Origin: a virus
Taxonomy: Duplodnaviria; Caudoviricetes
Virus record (IMG/VR): IMGVR_UViG_3300014697_000001
Span: 96,001-160,000 of that record
DNA length: 64,000 nt
Strand: one strand, 5' to 3'
Positions 20,464 through 29,126 of this stretch are shown here, piece by piece. Each line of letters opens with the position of its first letter. Position 1 is the stretch's first letter. The position numbers and the translations under genes were made by a program. The notes beneath the pieces were generated by a model, which did no database searches, had not been told where the DNA came from, and was given only the letters and a program-made list of their open reading frames with translations.

Positions 20464-20495
20464 CATAGAGGAGGGGCAGCTGCCCCTCCTCTATG
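20464..20495. terminator. perfect 32-bp palindrome at convergent junction
   Basis: CATAGAGGAGGGGCAGCTGCCCCTCCTCTATG. Confidence 0.8.
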
Positions 20496-20502
20496 CTGAT
20501 TG

Positions 20503-21264
20503 TCACCTGAATGTGGTAGGGACTTGGAACGTCTCACCCTCGTAGATGGCTTGATGAATGATACGCATGCCGAGGATGTTACCGACCAACTGCCAGTAAA
20601 CATTACCACTGCCGCCGCCAAGACGCTGACCCAGACGGACAGGGCGTACCACACTGTTCACCAAGTCTACGGTCCAGCTAGCCGGGACCGATATACGTGT
20701 ACCATTGATGTAAAACGATACGTTACCGGATTTCCTAACCACCGCAAGATGTATGGTGCTATTGGCGGTAAGGGGTGGGCAGTTCACTGTCGCCGCCGGG
20801 GTATTGATTGACACACCACCGAAGAATAGTCTACCGCTGGTTCGAGTTGAATTGGTCAAATAACAAACATCGAGGTTACGGAGTTGACCGGGTGCTGACC
20901 AGGTCTGCCATGACAGTAACGGGATGAGGTAGCTGTTATCAGCTGGCTGGTGTTTAATCGAGGAGAAGTCAAAGACCGCTTCGTACGTAAAATCTCCCGA
21001 GCCCGGAAGATAGCTGACGTTATTCGGCAACGTGGCTGATGTACCGTCCTGACCACTGAACTTAAGTGAACCGGCTTCCCCTACCATCTTCTTGGTGGTG
21101 TCGAGGGTGATCTGGGTCGGGTGACTGATGGTCACCGGGGCGTTGGTGATGAGGTCGTAGGCGCCTGTGGAGTTAAACGCTAATTGAAACCGGATCTTGT
21201 CCTTATAAGGACGCATACCGTATTTACGTCTGGTCGTATCGGCAGACAATTGGAGAATGTTCAT
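20503..21264 (-). CDS. LamG/concanavalin A-like domain protein
   Basis: GSLKFSG, DFTYEAVF, HLAVVRKSG...FYING, GNILGMRI pattern. Confidence 0.7.
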   Translation of the reverse strand: MNILQLSADTTRRKYGMRPYKDKIRFQLAFNSTGAYDLITNAPVTISHPTQITLDTTKKMVGEAGSLKFSGQDGTSATLPNNVSYLPGSGDFTYEAVFDFSSIKHQPADNSYLIPLLSWQTWSAPGQLRNLDVCYLTNSTRTSGRLFFGGVSINTPAATVNCPPLTANSTIHLAVVRKSGNVSFYINGTRISVPASWTVDLVNSVVRPVRLGQRLGGGSGNVYWQLVGNILGMRIIHQAIYEGETFQVPTTFR

Positions 21265-21896
21265 TGGATCATGTCCATTATGTTAGTGGAAGGGAATGCT
21301 CGATCATCACCCCAGATAATTCGGATGCCGGCTCTACCGCCTTCACCAGAACTACCCTTGTCTCTCCAGATACCACCACCGCCACCAAAGTCGCCACCGT
21401 CACGTGAGAAGGTGCCGGTGGCACCCGTCAGCTGGAAAGTCTTCAGGTCTATACCAAAGCTGTTACGATCGGCACCAACCAAGCCGACGTTACCACCGGA
21501 ATCCATCTGGCTGTAATTACTGGACAGGCCCTGGGTGCCATCACCGCCCTTGACTACGGCAGACAACGGCGAGGCTGCTGTGAAGCCAAATGCTGAGGTG
21601 GTGTTGATCGCCGCTTTAGTATTCCAGTTGGTCGGAGGGACCATCAACTGGTATGCCTGACCAGGGACCACTGGGATGTTGTTGATGTACCTAACATTGG
21701 CGCCATCGCCTGTGAAGTTGTTACGGATGGAACCGCAACCACCAGCACCGACCAGGGCTACACAGACTTCATGGACATTGGCAGGACAGATCCAGGTAAA
21801 GGTACCGGGTTGATCAAAGAGTATCTGACCAGGTAACGGGGGAGGTAACCCTTTACGAATTCGATTCGATACAGCTACAAGAATACTGAGAGCCAT
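21261..21896 (-). CDS. glycine-rich tail-associated-like protein
   Basis: PGTFTWICP...VALVGAGG...FGGGGG...GGRAGIRIIWG. Confidence 0.7.
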   Translation of the reverse strand: MALSILVAVSNRIRKGLPPPLPGQILFDQPGTFTWICPANVHEVCVALVGAGGCGSIRNNFTGDGANVRYINNIPVVPGQAYQLMVPPTNWNTKAAINTTSAFGFTAASPLSAVVKGGDGTQGLSSNYSQMDSGGNVGLVGADRNSFGIDLKTFQLTGATGTFSRDGGDFGGGGGIWRDKGSSGEGGRAGIRIIWGDDRAFPSTNIMDMIQ

Positions 21897-21950
21897 TGTT
21901 AATTCCAGGTATTGATTAGAGGAATGGGTTACTCATAAGATTTCGTAATT

Positions 21951-22152
21951 TAATCCTGCCTTGAGTAATCATCTGAATAAATTCAAAAGACTATAAAGAG
22001 CGAGGTTGTAAGGAACGAAGTGACTGGAGACGGAGCGCCTGCGGAGGAGAGCAACGACGACATCCCTAGTGCTTTTCTAAGCTGACCGAAGGTCCGACTG
22101 ACTCGGGACGAAGTCCCTTACCGAGTAAAATAATCCATACTTGAGTAATCAT
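21951..22152. repeat. direct-repeat-flanked structured intergenic region
   Basis: TAATCCnnnCTTGAGTAATCAT at 21951 and 22131 (180 bp apart), enclosing CGAAG-loop hairpins. Confidence 0.6.
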
Positions 22153-22270
22153 ATCCAGATAACGGATAGGACCTCAAGTCAGCGTTACTTTTATGCTGCA
22201 TCGATTAGAAATAAGCCCGACCCTACATGATAAACCCGATATCACATACCCATGTAAGAAGGAGTACACC

Positions 22271-22996
22271 ATGCAAGTAATGTCCCGTGCTATTGATTCG
22301 GACATGATGACCCCTGAACTCTTTAGGGATATCCTGGAACTGTTTCATGGAGGGTATCAGGTAAGAGACAGTGGAGGCCATCAACAACATCGAACTCCGA
22401 CGGTGGTCATGTTTCGTGGCAAGGTCTCTGAAGAAGATGGCTTTGTCCTGATGGCAATTGAAGCAGGCCTTGAGAGTAGTCTCAGACCTATTGTCAAGCG
22501 TCAAGGCGATGCGGGCATGTACTGGATGGAGATTGACGAACCCCATAACCTGAATCGCTCTCAGACGACTGCGTTCCACCCTTACGAGCAGACCACCGCT
22601 GCTGAGGATGCCATGCATTGGGCAGACATCCTGTACCGGTCAGGATTGATCGATGGGTACGTAGGGCTGCACGATTATGAGATTGTCTACCCAGAACGCT
22701 TGATGGGGGATACCATCAGTCGTCACTGCATGGAAGAGGTCTTTGATGAACGTGTGCTGGGTAAAGCCAGTCGCTTTGACCTGTACTTTAAGGATGAGGA
22801 CACAGGGGCGTTCTATCCGGTCGATGATTGCACCATCTGGGGCGGAGCGATACTTGAACATGGCCACTACCATTACCTGGGTGAATACATTCGCGTACTG
22901 GAGGTCAATAACCTGATCACCGACCACCGTAAGATCCTGGCACGGACGTTGCGTAAGGCATTGCGTTACCATTACATCACCACAGCTCAAAGCTGA
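22271..22996 (+). CDS. hypothetical protein (probable early gene)
   Basis: AAGGAG RBS before ATG 22271; CCCTACAT motif upstream; T-tailed hairpin downstream. Confidence 0.7.
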   Translation: MQVMSRAIDSDMMTPELFRDILELFHGGYQVRDSGGHQQHRTPTVVMFRGKVSEEDGFVLMAIEAGLESSLRPIVKRQGDAGMYWMEIDEPHNLNRSQTTAFHPYEQTTAAEDAMHWADILYRSGLIDGYVGLHDYEIVYPERLMGDTISRHCMEEVFDERVLGKASRFDLYFKDEDTGAFYPVDDCTIWGGAILEHGHYHYLGEYIRVLEVNNLITDHRKILARTLRKALRYHYITTAQS

Positions 22997-23004
22997 GGTG
23001 ACGG

Positions 23005-23032
23005 AGGGGGTGATAAAGCCCCCTTTTCTTTT
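23005..23032 (+). terminator. intrinsic terminator
   Basis: GAGGGGG...CCCCTTTTCTTTT. Confidence 0.55.
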
Positions 23033-23084
23033 GTGCTGGTCGATTCGATTCGAATTAAAGTCAGCCCTACATCACCTAGGTGAA

Positions 23085-23332
23085 GTGGTCACTTCTCTTG
23101 TTAGAATTCGTTGTGCCTTCGAAGTCAGTTCAGTCAAAATAGTAAAAAATAACTAGGTCGGTAGTATGTTATAGGGAGGATAGGTGCCACAGTGCCTCCG
23201 GGGTAGGATCAGGCGAGCGATCGGCAATGGCCATCGCCCCTGACTACCCACTATGCCGTCTCACCGAAATTCCGATAGATCAGTCGTTAGGCCTGTGCCT
23301 GATAAACTGATCTATCATCCCTTTATTTTTTT
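23085..23332 (+). ncRNA. candidate structured small RNA (or 19-aa micropeptide unit)
   Basis: no long + strand ORF between a CCCTACAT motif (23065) and a T-tailed hairpin (23274-23332); internal stems. Confidence 0.3.
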
Positions 23333-23402
23333 GATTCTAACTTTTTTCAACCCTACATAGTACTGGTGATATACCCCAGCAATCCCCTCAGGAGTCACGT
23401 CC

Positions 23403-23636
23403 ATGACTGACACAGTACCTAGCACGTGCCGTTTCTTCATGCCGCACCCCGAGACGGGGGTGATGGTCCCAGTAACCCGGTCAGCCATGTCATTCATGCC
23501 ACTGACCACGTTCCTTAAACGATCGTATTACCGGTTAGACGACGGGCGTTTCATTCGCAGCCTCACCGCGGCCGGAGGAGATGATCGCTCGTACCGTGAG
23601 CAGTTTCACAGACACTTACTCGAACAACTGATTTAA
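23403..23636 (+). CDS. small hypothetical protein
   Basis: AGGAG RBS; 77 aa. Confidence 0.65.
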   Translation: MTDTVPSTCRFFMPHPETGVMVPVTRSAMSFMPLTTFLKRSYYRLDDGRFIRSLTAAGGDDRSYREQFHRHLLEQLI

Positions 23637-23667
23637 CACCATTACCCTGTTCTTAGGAGAACTACCC

Positions 23668-24168
23668 ATGAATGTTCATACCCTCGATGTTTCCGCTATC
23701 GCCACCATTCTCTCCAAGACTGCGAATGTCGACGAGAGCAGCACCCGTGCGGTCGTTACCTTTGGTCGCGGCGCAGCCAACAAGGTGGTCTTCAACAAGA
23801 CCACCAAAGGTCAGCTGGACCTCAAGTCCGTGCAGATCGAATACCGTTGCACCTACACCCTGTACTTCAATCCCTGGGGTAGTTTGTCCGCTGCTGAGAA
23901 GCACCATGTAGCTGCAGCATGCATCGCCCTCGGTGTCGATCATTTCGTCATCGGGTACAACGATGTCGTCGGTCTGGTAAACAACTGCACTGAGGCTAAC
24001 CCCAAGGTGCGTGAAGTACCGGCCGCTGATCCGTGGGATGCTGTAGAACCTACAGTGGTGCGGACCTTTGGCACATCCACTCACACCCGGTCCCCTGAAA
24101 GTGCTTCAGTGGCCCTGGGTACCCTGTTGGGTATTGGCCTTGGCATGCTTTCATCCAAGCGCCGTTAA
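23668..24168 (+). CDS. hypothetical protein with C-terminal TM anchor
   Basis: AGGAG RBS; ends VALGTLLGIGLGMLSSKRR. Confidence 0.7.
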   Translation: MNVHTLDVSAIATILSKTANVDESSTRAVVTFGRGAANKVVFNKTTKGQLDLKSVQIEYRCTYTLYFNPWGSLSAAEKHHVAAACIALGVDHFVIGYNDVVGLVNNCTEANPKVREVPAADPWDAVEPTVVRTFGTSTHTRSPESASVALGTLLGIGLGMLSSKRR

Positions 24169-24210
24169 TCACACCACCCGATTCACTACCGGCCCAAAGG
24201 AGGGCGCACC

Positions 24211-24375
24211 ATGTTTAAGAAACTGTTCGGTATCGACAACCGCGCCCTCAAATCCGATCTGGACCATACCGTACGCTTGCTCGAACTGGCAATGCGTCGC
24301 TGTGGCGTTCGCAGTCCAGAGGTTCTGGAATATGAACGTAAGATTGCGCACCTGGAATCAGCGCTTGGCATCTGA
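24211..24375 (+). CDS. small hypothetical protein (54 aa, absent from ORF track)
   Basis: AAGGAGG RBS; MFKKLFGIDNRALKSDLDHTVRLLELAMRRCGVRSPEVLEYERKIAHLESALGI. Confidence 0.65.
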   Translation: MFKKLFGIDNRALKSDLDHTVRLLELAMRRCGVRSPEVLEYERKIAHLESALGI

Positions 24376-24394
24376 CTCACGGAAGGAGAATACG

Positions 24395-24748
24395 ATGAAT
24401 AACAATGACCTCTACACCATCATCAGGGCAGTGGAAGACCACGGTCATCAATTGCTCGATGATAACCTGCCAGGAACTCAGCTTGTAAAGGCTGACGCAG
24501 TCGGTATCCACCATTGGATGGGCCGTACGAGTATTGTCGCACTCTTTGAGGACAAGACTCAGTACATGCTCAACAGCATCTACCTCGACGTGACAGGTCG
24601 CCCGCATATCTCCACCGAGCATGTCGGTGGCCGGATCATGCCCACGGGTTACCTTGAGGATGCTGTGACGGAATACAACAATGCTGACAGCCACGCCAAA
24701 CACGGTCGTATCGACCACATTGTTCGGGCCAGCACCAAATACCTTTAA
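24395..24748 (+). CDS. hypothetical protein
   Basis: AAGGAG RBS before MNNNDLY. Confidence 0.65.
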   Translation: MNNNDLYTIIRAVEDHGHQLLDDNLPGTQLVKADAVGIHHWMGRTSIVALFEDKTQYMLNSIYLDVTGRPHISTEHVGGRIMPTGYLEDAVTEYNNADSHAKHGRIDHIVRASTKYL

Positions 24749-24779
24749 ACAACTCGTACCCCATTTTAAGGATATCGCC

Positions 24780-25196
24780 ATGAACAAGCAAGAATACCTC
24801 GCTCTGCCTACCCCTACCCTGACTGCCCAGAACGCTGCAATCATCGAAGCGGTGAAAGCGGCTAACTTCATCCTTAAGGATGAGCATGACAGTACGGGTG
24901 AACGCACCGCACCCCTGTCTGGCGTAGCCGTGTACCAGGACGGCACCCGGCAGGAAGTCGTGGCGCTGTTCAATGGCGCTTACTCGCCATACTACTCGCT
25001 GAACCGTATCGCCGTTCGCAAGGACGGTAGCGTCGCAGTAACCCGTGATAACTGTGCCGGCACCGTCATGCATGCCACCGATGATCCGAAAGCCGACCTG
25101 GCAGGCATCATCGAAAACATCAATTGGGACGCTGTCGCGAAGTACCCATGCCTGGCTCCAGGCCAGTATTTCAACATCGTACTTAAGACTGCGTAA
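24780..25196 (+). CDS. hypothetical protein
   Basis: AAGGA RBS before MNKQEYL. Confidence 0.65.
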   Translation: MNKQEYLALPTPTLTAQNAAIIEAVKAANFILKDEHDSTGERTAPLSGVAVYQDGTRQEVVALFNGAYSPYYSLNRIAVRKDGSVAVTRDNCAGTVMHATDDPKADLAGIIENINWDAVAKYPCLAPGQYFNIVLKTA

Positions 25197-25249
25197 AAAT
25201 AGCTCCTCTAGACACCGTAACACCCACCCTAGTCTAGAGGAGACTCGTT

Positions 25250-25576
25250 ATGCGTACGTTAACGCAAACCGTTACCATTGGGGATTTCCGTAGCGGATAC
25301 ATCATCGATTTAATCGATGACTGTATCAGCAAGGATTCCATAACTGGTGACACGGTGACCATCAAAGTCATCGATGACTGTCCGGTAGTAGACATGGTCT
25401 ACATACCTGACGTCACCGGTTACAATGACGGAGCACCAATCTTCCCCACATCTGGTGGGGATTGGATGGAATTGAACGGTTGCCTTAGGGCAGTCGTGTC
25501 AATCCATCTGATACGAAGAGGCTATAACCTCTTTGTATACGGCAGGCACCAGATTCGTCTGGTGCCTGCTTGGTAA
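25250..25576 (+). CDS. hypothetical protein
   Basis: GAGGAG RBS lying within an 11-bp stem; 108 aa. Confidence 0.65.
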   Translation: MRTLTQTVTIGDFRSGYIIDLIDDCISKDSITGDTVTIKVIDDCPVVDMVYIPDVTGYNDGAPIFPTSGGDWMELNGCLRAVVSIHLIRRGYNLFVYGRHQIRLVPAW

Positions 25577-25585
25577 AGGGAATAA

Positions 25586-25626
25586 GTGGAGGGGCGAAAA
25601 CCCCTCCATTCTTTTTTTCTTTTTTG
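25586..25626 (+). terminator. intrinsic terminator
   Basis: TGGAGGGG-CGAAAA-CCCCTCCA followed by a long T tract. Confidence 0.8.
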
Positions 25627-25627
25627 T

Positions 25628-26347
25628 TCAGACCCGCAGGTTTTTCGGGTGCAGTCCCGCAACCAGTTTCTGCGTTACCTTGGCACAGCATTCGGCCTTG
25701 GTGATCTTGCCATCTTTGTTGATGTCAAGGCCTTTGTTCTGCACGTAGGTAGTTGGGCGAGTCTTTTCATCCCAGAGCACGTAGTCATCGGGCTTGCCAA
25801 CACCGACCGGCCAGAGAATACGCAGGTACACATCCCCCAGGTTTTTCAGCTTGCCTTTGTACGGAGCAAAGAATTTGTGCACGTAGATCAGCTGTTGTTC
25901 GGCCGTGAGCTTAAGTAGAGCCGGCAAGGTAATACCGACATCTTTCGCCGCGGCCGCACCAAACTGGATGAGTCCGTAGTAGGGAGCGCCGGCGCCGTTT
26001 TTGATCGTCGGGGAGAAGGTCTCGCCGGTTTCGAATGCCATGCATGCCATCAGGTCATCCGGACCATTGTCGGGCATTGCCAAGTTGTCACAGATGTGCT
26101 TGACGATGCGGATGAATTCGTCACTGACCTTTTCCGACCAGGCCGTAGCCTTGCAATAGTCCAGGAAGATTGTATCAAGGTCATGTTCCTCAACCGCCCG
26201 CTTGCGCGCGGCTTCAGAAAGACGCCTGGCGTTCATGAAAGACCCATGACTCAATGGACCCCAGGCACCGTCGATGGCACCGGTATAAAGACCCATGGCT
26301 TTCATACTGCGCTGAAGTGATTTCAGTTGATTAACCGTTGCCGCCAT
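25628..26347 (-). CDS. endolysin: peptidoglycan-binding domain + lytic transglycosylase/lysozyme-like domain
   Basis: LQRSMKAMGLYTGAIDGAWGPLS (PG-binding-1-like); MAFETG...YYGLIQFG (SLT-like); DINKDGKITKAE EF-hand-like loop. Confidence 0.85.
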   Translation of the reverse strand: MAATVNQLKSLQRSMKAMGLYTGAIDGAWGPLSHGSFMNARRLSEAARKRAVEEHDLDTIFLDYCKATAWSEKVSDEFIRIVKHICDNLAMPDNGPDDLMACMAFETGETFSPTIKNGAGAPYYGLIQFGAAAAKDVGITLPALLKLTAEQQLIYVHKFFAPYKGKLKNLGDVYLRILWPVGVGKPDDYVLWDEKTRPTTYVQNKGLDINKDGKITKAECCAKVTQKLVAGLHPKNLRV

Positions 26348-26993
26348 TTTGCACCTCAAACCGCTGGGTGAAGTCCAGGACGATTGTATCGATCATGGCC
26401 TTCAGGTTAGTGAACGGTGTATCGCGAACGGTGTACTCGGTATCATCCAGCGCACTGCCGGCATGATGAGCCATGTACTTGAGGCCTTGCCCCACCAACG
26501 TCAGTGGCGTAACAGGACTGTTTTCATACCGGGTGATATGGATACCGTTGCGATACTCCATACCTTTTGCAGCGATTAGCCGCGGAATCGCGATACTGGC
26601 AGTCTGATCGGCCGCTGCCTGGGCGTAGGTTTCCAGATTCAATGGCGGGGTAGTGAGCTTGACATTAAGGAAGTCGTTGATGATCCCATCTTCAAGATAC
26701 AGCATGTCCTGGGTGCTACTGATTTTATTGCGCATGTAGAACGTGGTGTGGTTTGGCCGGTCCTTGGGTTGGTACAGGGTGGCGATGCCGCCGTTATACG
26801 GAGCCGGTTCGCTTTCTCGCCAGTACTCAATCTGATACCCGATCAGGGCATAGACATATTGCGAGGCATAGTTGAATACGGTTGCTTTTCGAATGCGGCA
26901 GTTGGCATTCATGACAGGGCCCTGTGCAGTATCGAGCCGGTGAACCATGAATTCACCCCGATCAGGGCCGTGGTAAAGTTCGAGTGTAGTCAT
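26331..26993 (-). CDS. hypothetical protein (last gene of modification cluster)
   Basis: 220 aa, overlaps both neighbours. Confidence 0.65.
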   Translation of the reverse strand: MTTLELYHGPDRGEFMVHRLDTAQGPVMNANCRIRKATVFNYASQYVYALIGYQIEYWRESEPAPYNGGIATLYQPKDRPNHTTFYMRNKISSTQDMLYLEDGIINDFLNVKLTTPPLNLETYAQAAADQTASIAIPRLIAAKGMEYRNGIHITRYENSPVTPLTLVGQGLKYMAHHAGSALDDTEYTVRDTPFTNLKAMIDTIVLDFTQRFEVQNGGNG

Positions 26994-27454
26994 TGCTTAA
27001 AGAACTCCATGTCTATGTGTCCATTGAGGTAGTTTGATACCAGAGCTGCACGCAGCTCGCCATTTATGGATGGCTTTACCAGATGAATTACATCCCCTCG
27101 GATGATAACCATTCTACCTTGCCGAGGTTTGATTTCCAAAGCTTCGTTGTCTGGATCGACCACCAACTCACCTTCTGCGTCCAGAAGATAGAGGATCGAA
27201 GTCAGGTGGTACGGGAGGTGGTCATGGGGAGTGACTCCTTCAATACCGACGTGGACGTGCCCACACACCATCCAGAGCGAGGGGGTAGCATCCGGATGAT
27301 TGGCAAAAACGATGTCGCGAAGAACCGATTTCATGTAGTCGTTTATTCGCGGATCGGTGATGTGCGAGAGTTCCTTTTCCGCATACATGGCATCAAGAAG
27401 CCACTCCGGTGGTTCAATGCCTTCAACGATGATATAATCGCCTGGTTTGATCAT
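26990..27454 (-). CDS. Fe(II)/2OG oxygenase-like (DSBH) protein, type B copy 2
   Basis: PHDH...TSILYL...HLV...R. Confidence 0.75.
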   Translation of the reverse strand: MIKPGDYIIVEGIEPPEWLLDAMYAEKELSHITDPRINDYMKSVLRDIVFANHPDATPSLWMVCGHVHVGIEGVTPHDHLPYHLTSILYLLDAEGELVVDPDNEALEIKPRQGRMVIIRGDVIHLVKPSINGELRAALVSNYLNGHIDMEFFKQ

Positions 27455-27464
27455 GATACGACAC

Positions 27465-28013
27465 TCACACAAAGTAGCATTCGTTAACCAATGAGAGACG
27501 CATGTCCTCATTGACAGTTGGGACACTGTGCTGGATGTAGCTCGGGATTATCCACAGATCGCCGGCCTTGGGCGTGACGCGATAGTTATCAAAATGCTCA
27601 TCGCGTATTCTGCGTGAATAACCGCGTGATGCAGTGAATCGCGGATCGCTGACCATCAGTCCCGAGGTGTAATCAAAGGGGTAAAATATACTGGTGATGC
27701 CCGAACTGCCGTGAATGTGAGCACCCAGTTCGGTGCCTCGCTTGATCCATTTGCCAAATGTGTCGAGCACCATATCCTGAGGTTCAATGTTAAAGACCTC
27801 ACGGATGTAACGGTGAAGGGCATCGGTTATCAACCCATCGCGAAATGCGCAGATGAGTGGAAATTCCTCTGCAGTGACCACATAAGGTATCTTTGATTCG
27901 GGTGGTGTGGCGTCGTTCAACAGAAAGATTTCATTCGCCAGCCCCTCTATATCCACCTGACCGGCAAAGTTGACGCATGCCAGTTTGATTCTCCAAGGCT
28001 CAATAAAGTCCAT
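27465..28013 (-). CDS. Fe(II)/2OG oxygenase-like protein (TIGR02466-like), type A copy 2
   Basis: HIH...DPR...PKAGDLWIIPSYIQHSV...RLS. Confidence 0.8.
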   Translation of the reverse strand: MDFIEPWRIKLACVNFAGQVDIEGLANEIFLLNDATPPESKIPYVVTAEEFPLICAFRDGLITDALHRYIREVFNIEPQDMVLDTFGKWIKRGTELGAHIHGSSGITSIFYPFDYTSGLMVSDPRFTASRGYSRRIRDEHFDNYRVTPKAGDLWIIPSYIQHSVPTVNEDMRLSLVNECYFV

Positions 28014-28554
28014 TGTCGCGATTCTCCCATCGGTTGGTTCGCAAGATAGTGAATATGACGTCTTTATCGAGTCCTTCAGGCGTTGCCTCGGCCAAGGGCC
28101 TGAGTTCGTCACTGTCCGATATATCGCAGACTATACCCACACGCAGTTCCGGATGTGGCGACGGATGTGCCGAATGCACTGTACTGCCACGAATGATCAC
28201 TAATCTGCCGGCTTTTGGAAAGACTTCAACAGCCTCTCCCAATGGGTCTACAACAAGGGCGCCTTCTGCATCGGTCAGATAGAGAATTGCAGTCAACAGA
28301 TAGGGTCCGTGATCATGGACACCGACTCCATAATTCCCTTGAAGTACGTGTGCCGTTGCAGCAAACGCACCCCGATGACCGGCACCATGACTGGAAATTG
28401 CCAATGGTGCGAGTATGTCGCGTGCGTAAGGCCAGATGATCTCGTCTCTAACCTGCGACTTATCCGGATAAATCAGGCATTCATGGATTAACTTCTCGTC
28501 GAACTCAACCCCGTCGATAATGATGTATTCGCCATCGGCTATCATAGCGGTCAC
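28000..28554 (-). CDS. Fe(II)/2OG oxygenase-like protein, type B copy 1
   Basis: VHDH...TAILYL...PKAGRLVIIRGSTVHS...R. Confidence 0.75.
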   Translation of the reverse strand: MTAMIADGEYIIIDGVEFDEKLIHECLIYPDKSQVRDEIIWPYARDILAPLAISSHGAGHRGAFAATAHVLQGNYGVGVHDHGPYLLTAILYLTDAEGALVVDPLGEAVEVFPKAGRLVIIRGSTVHSAHPSPHPELRVGIVCDISDSDELRPLAEATPEGLDKDVIFTILRTNRWENRDNGLY

Positions 28555-28559
28555 CGACT

Positions 28560-29126
28560 CTAAACGTTCTTACGAAGGTAGTATTCGTGTAGCAGTGACA
28601 GTCTTACGTCCTCTTTTACATAGGACACGCTGTGCTGGATGTAGCTCGGAAAGATGTATACATCGCCTGCGCGCGGTGTGATTTTTACAGTCGAGAAGAA
28701 TTTGTCACGGATTTCCTTAGGGTATCCTCGACAGGCATTGACCCTGGGATCGAACATATTCAGGCCCGAGACGGAATCACTTGGGTACACAATCGCGCTG
28801 ATGCAGGAGCCGGGATGATAATGCGGAAACAACCCTTCGCCTTCCGGAATCCATTTGGCATTGGTCTCTACCTCATATCGTCCGGTGATGTCGTATTCGA
28901 ACACTTCATTGGAATACTCACACACCTTAGGCGTGATGATCTGGTCACGGGTATGCATGAGGATTGGGATCAGCTCAGGGTCTAGAAACTTCTGGTCGAT
29001 GTCTTCATCGGTGGCCATGTTGTTAAGCATGAAGACTTCATTATTCAGTTCGTTGACATCGATGCCAAAGTCGGTAGCCAGGTTGAAATGACCCAGTTGA
29101 ATCTTCCAAGGATGAATGATGTTCAT
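28560..29126 (-). CDS. Fe(II)/2OG oxygenase-like protein (TIGR02466-like), type A copy 1
   Basis: HYH...DPR...PRAGDVYIFPSYIQHSV...RLS. Confidence 0.8.
   Translation of the reverse strand: MNIIHPWKIQLGHFNLATDFGIDVNELNNEVFMLNNMATDEDIDQKFLDPELIPILMHTRDQIITPKVCEYSNEVFEYDITGRYEVETNAKWIPEGEGLFPHYHPGSCISAIVYPSDSVSGLNMFDPRVNACRGYPKEIRDKFFSTVKITPRAGDVYIFPSYIQHSVSYVKEDVRLSLLHEYYLRKNV

Noticed and set aside
22081-22130. Possible hammerhead ribozyme (CTGA-containing hairpins)
   Set aside because: The CUGAnGA and GAAA core is not correctly present.
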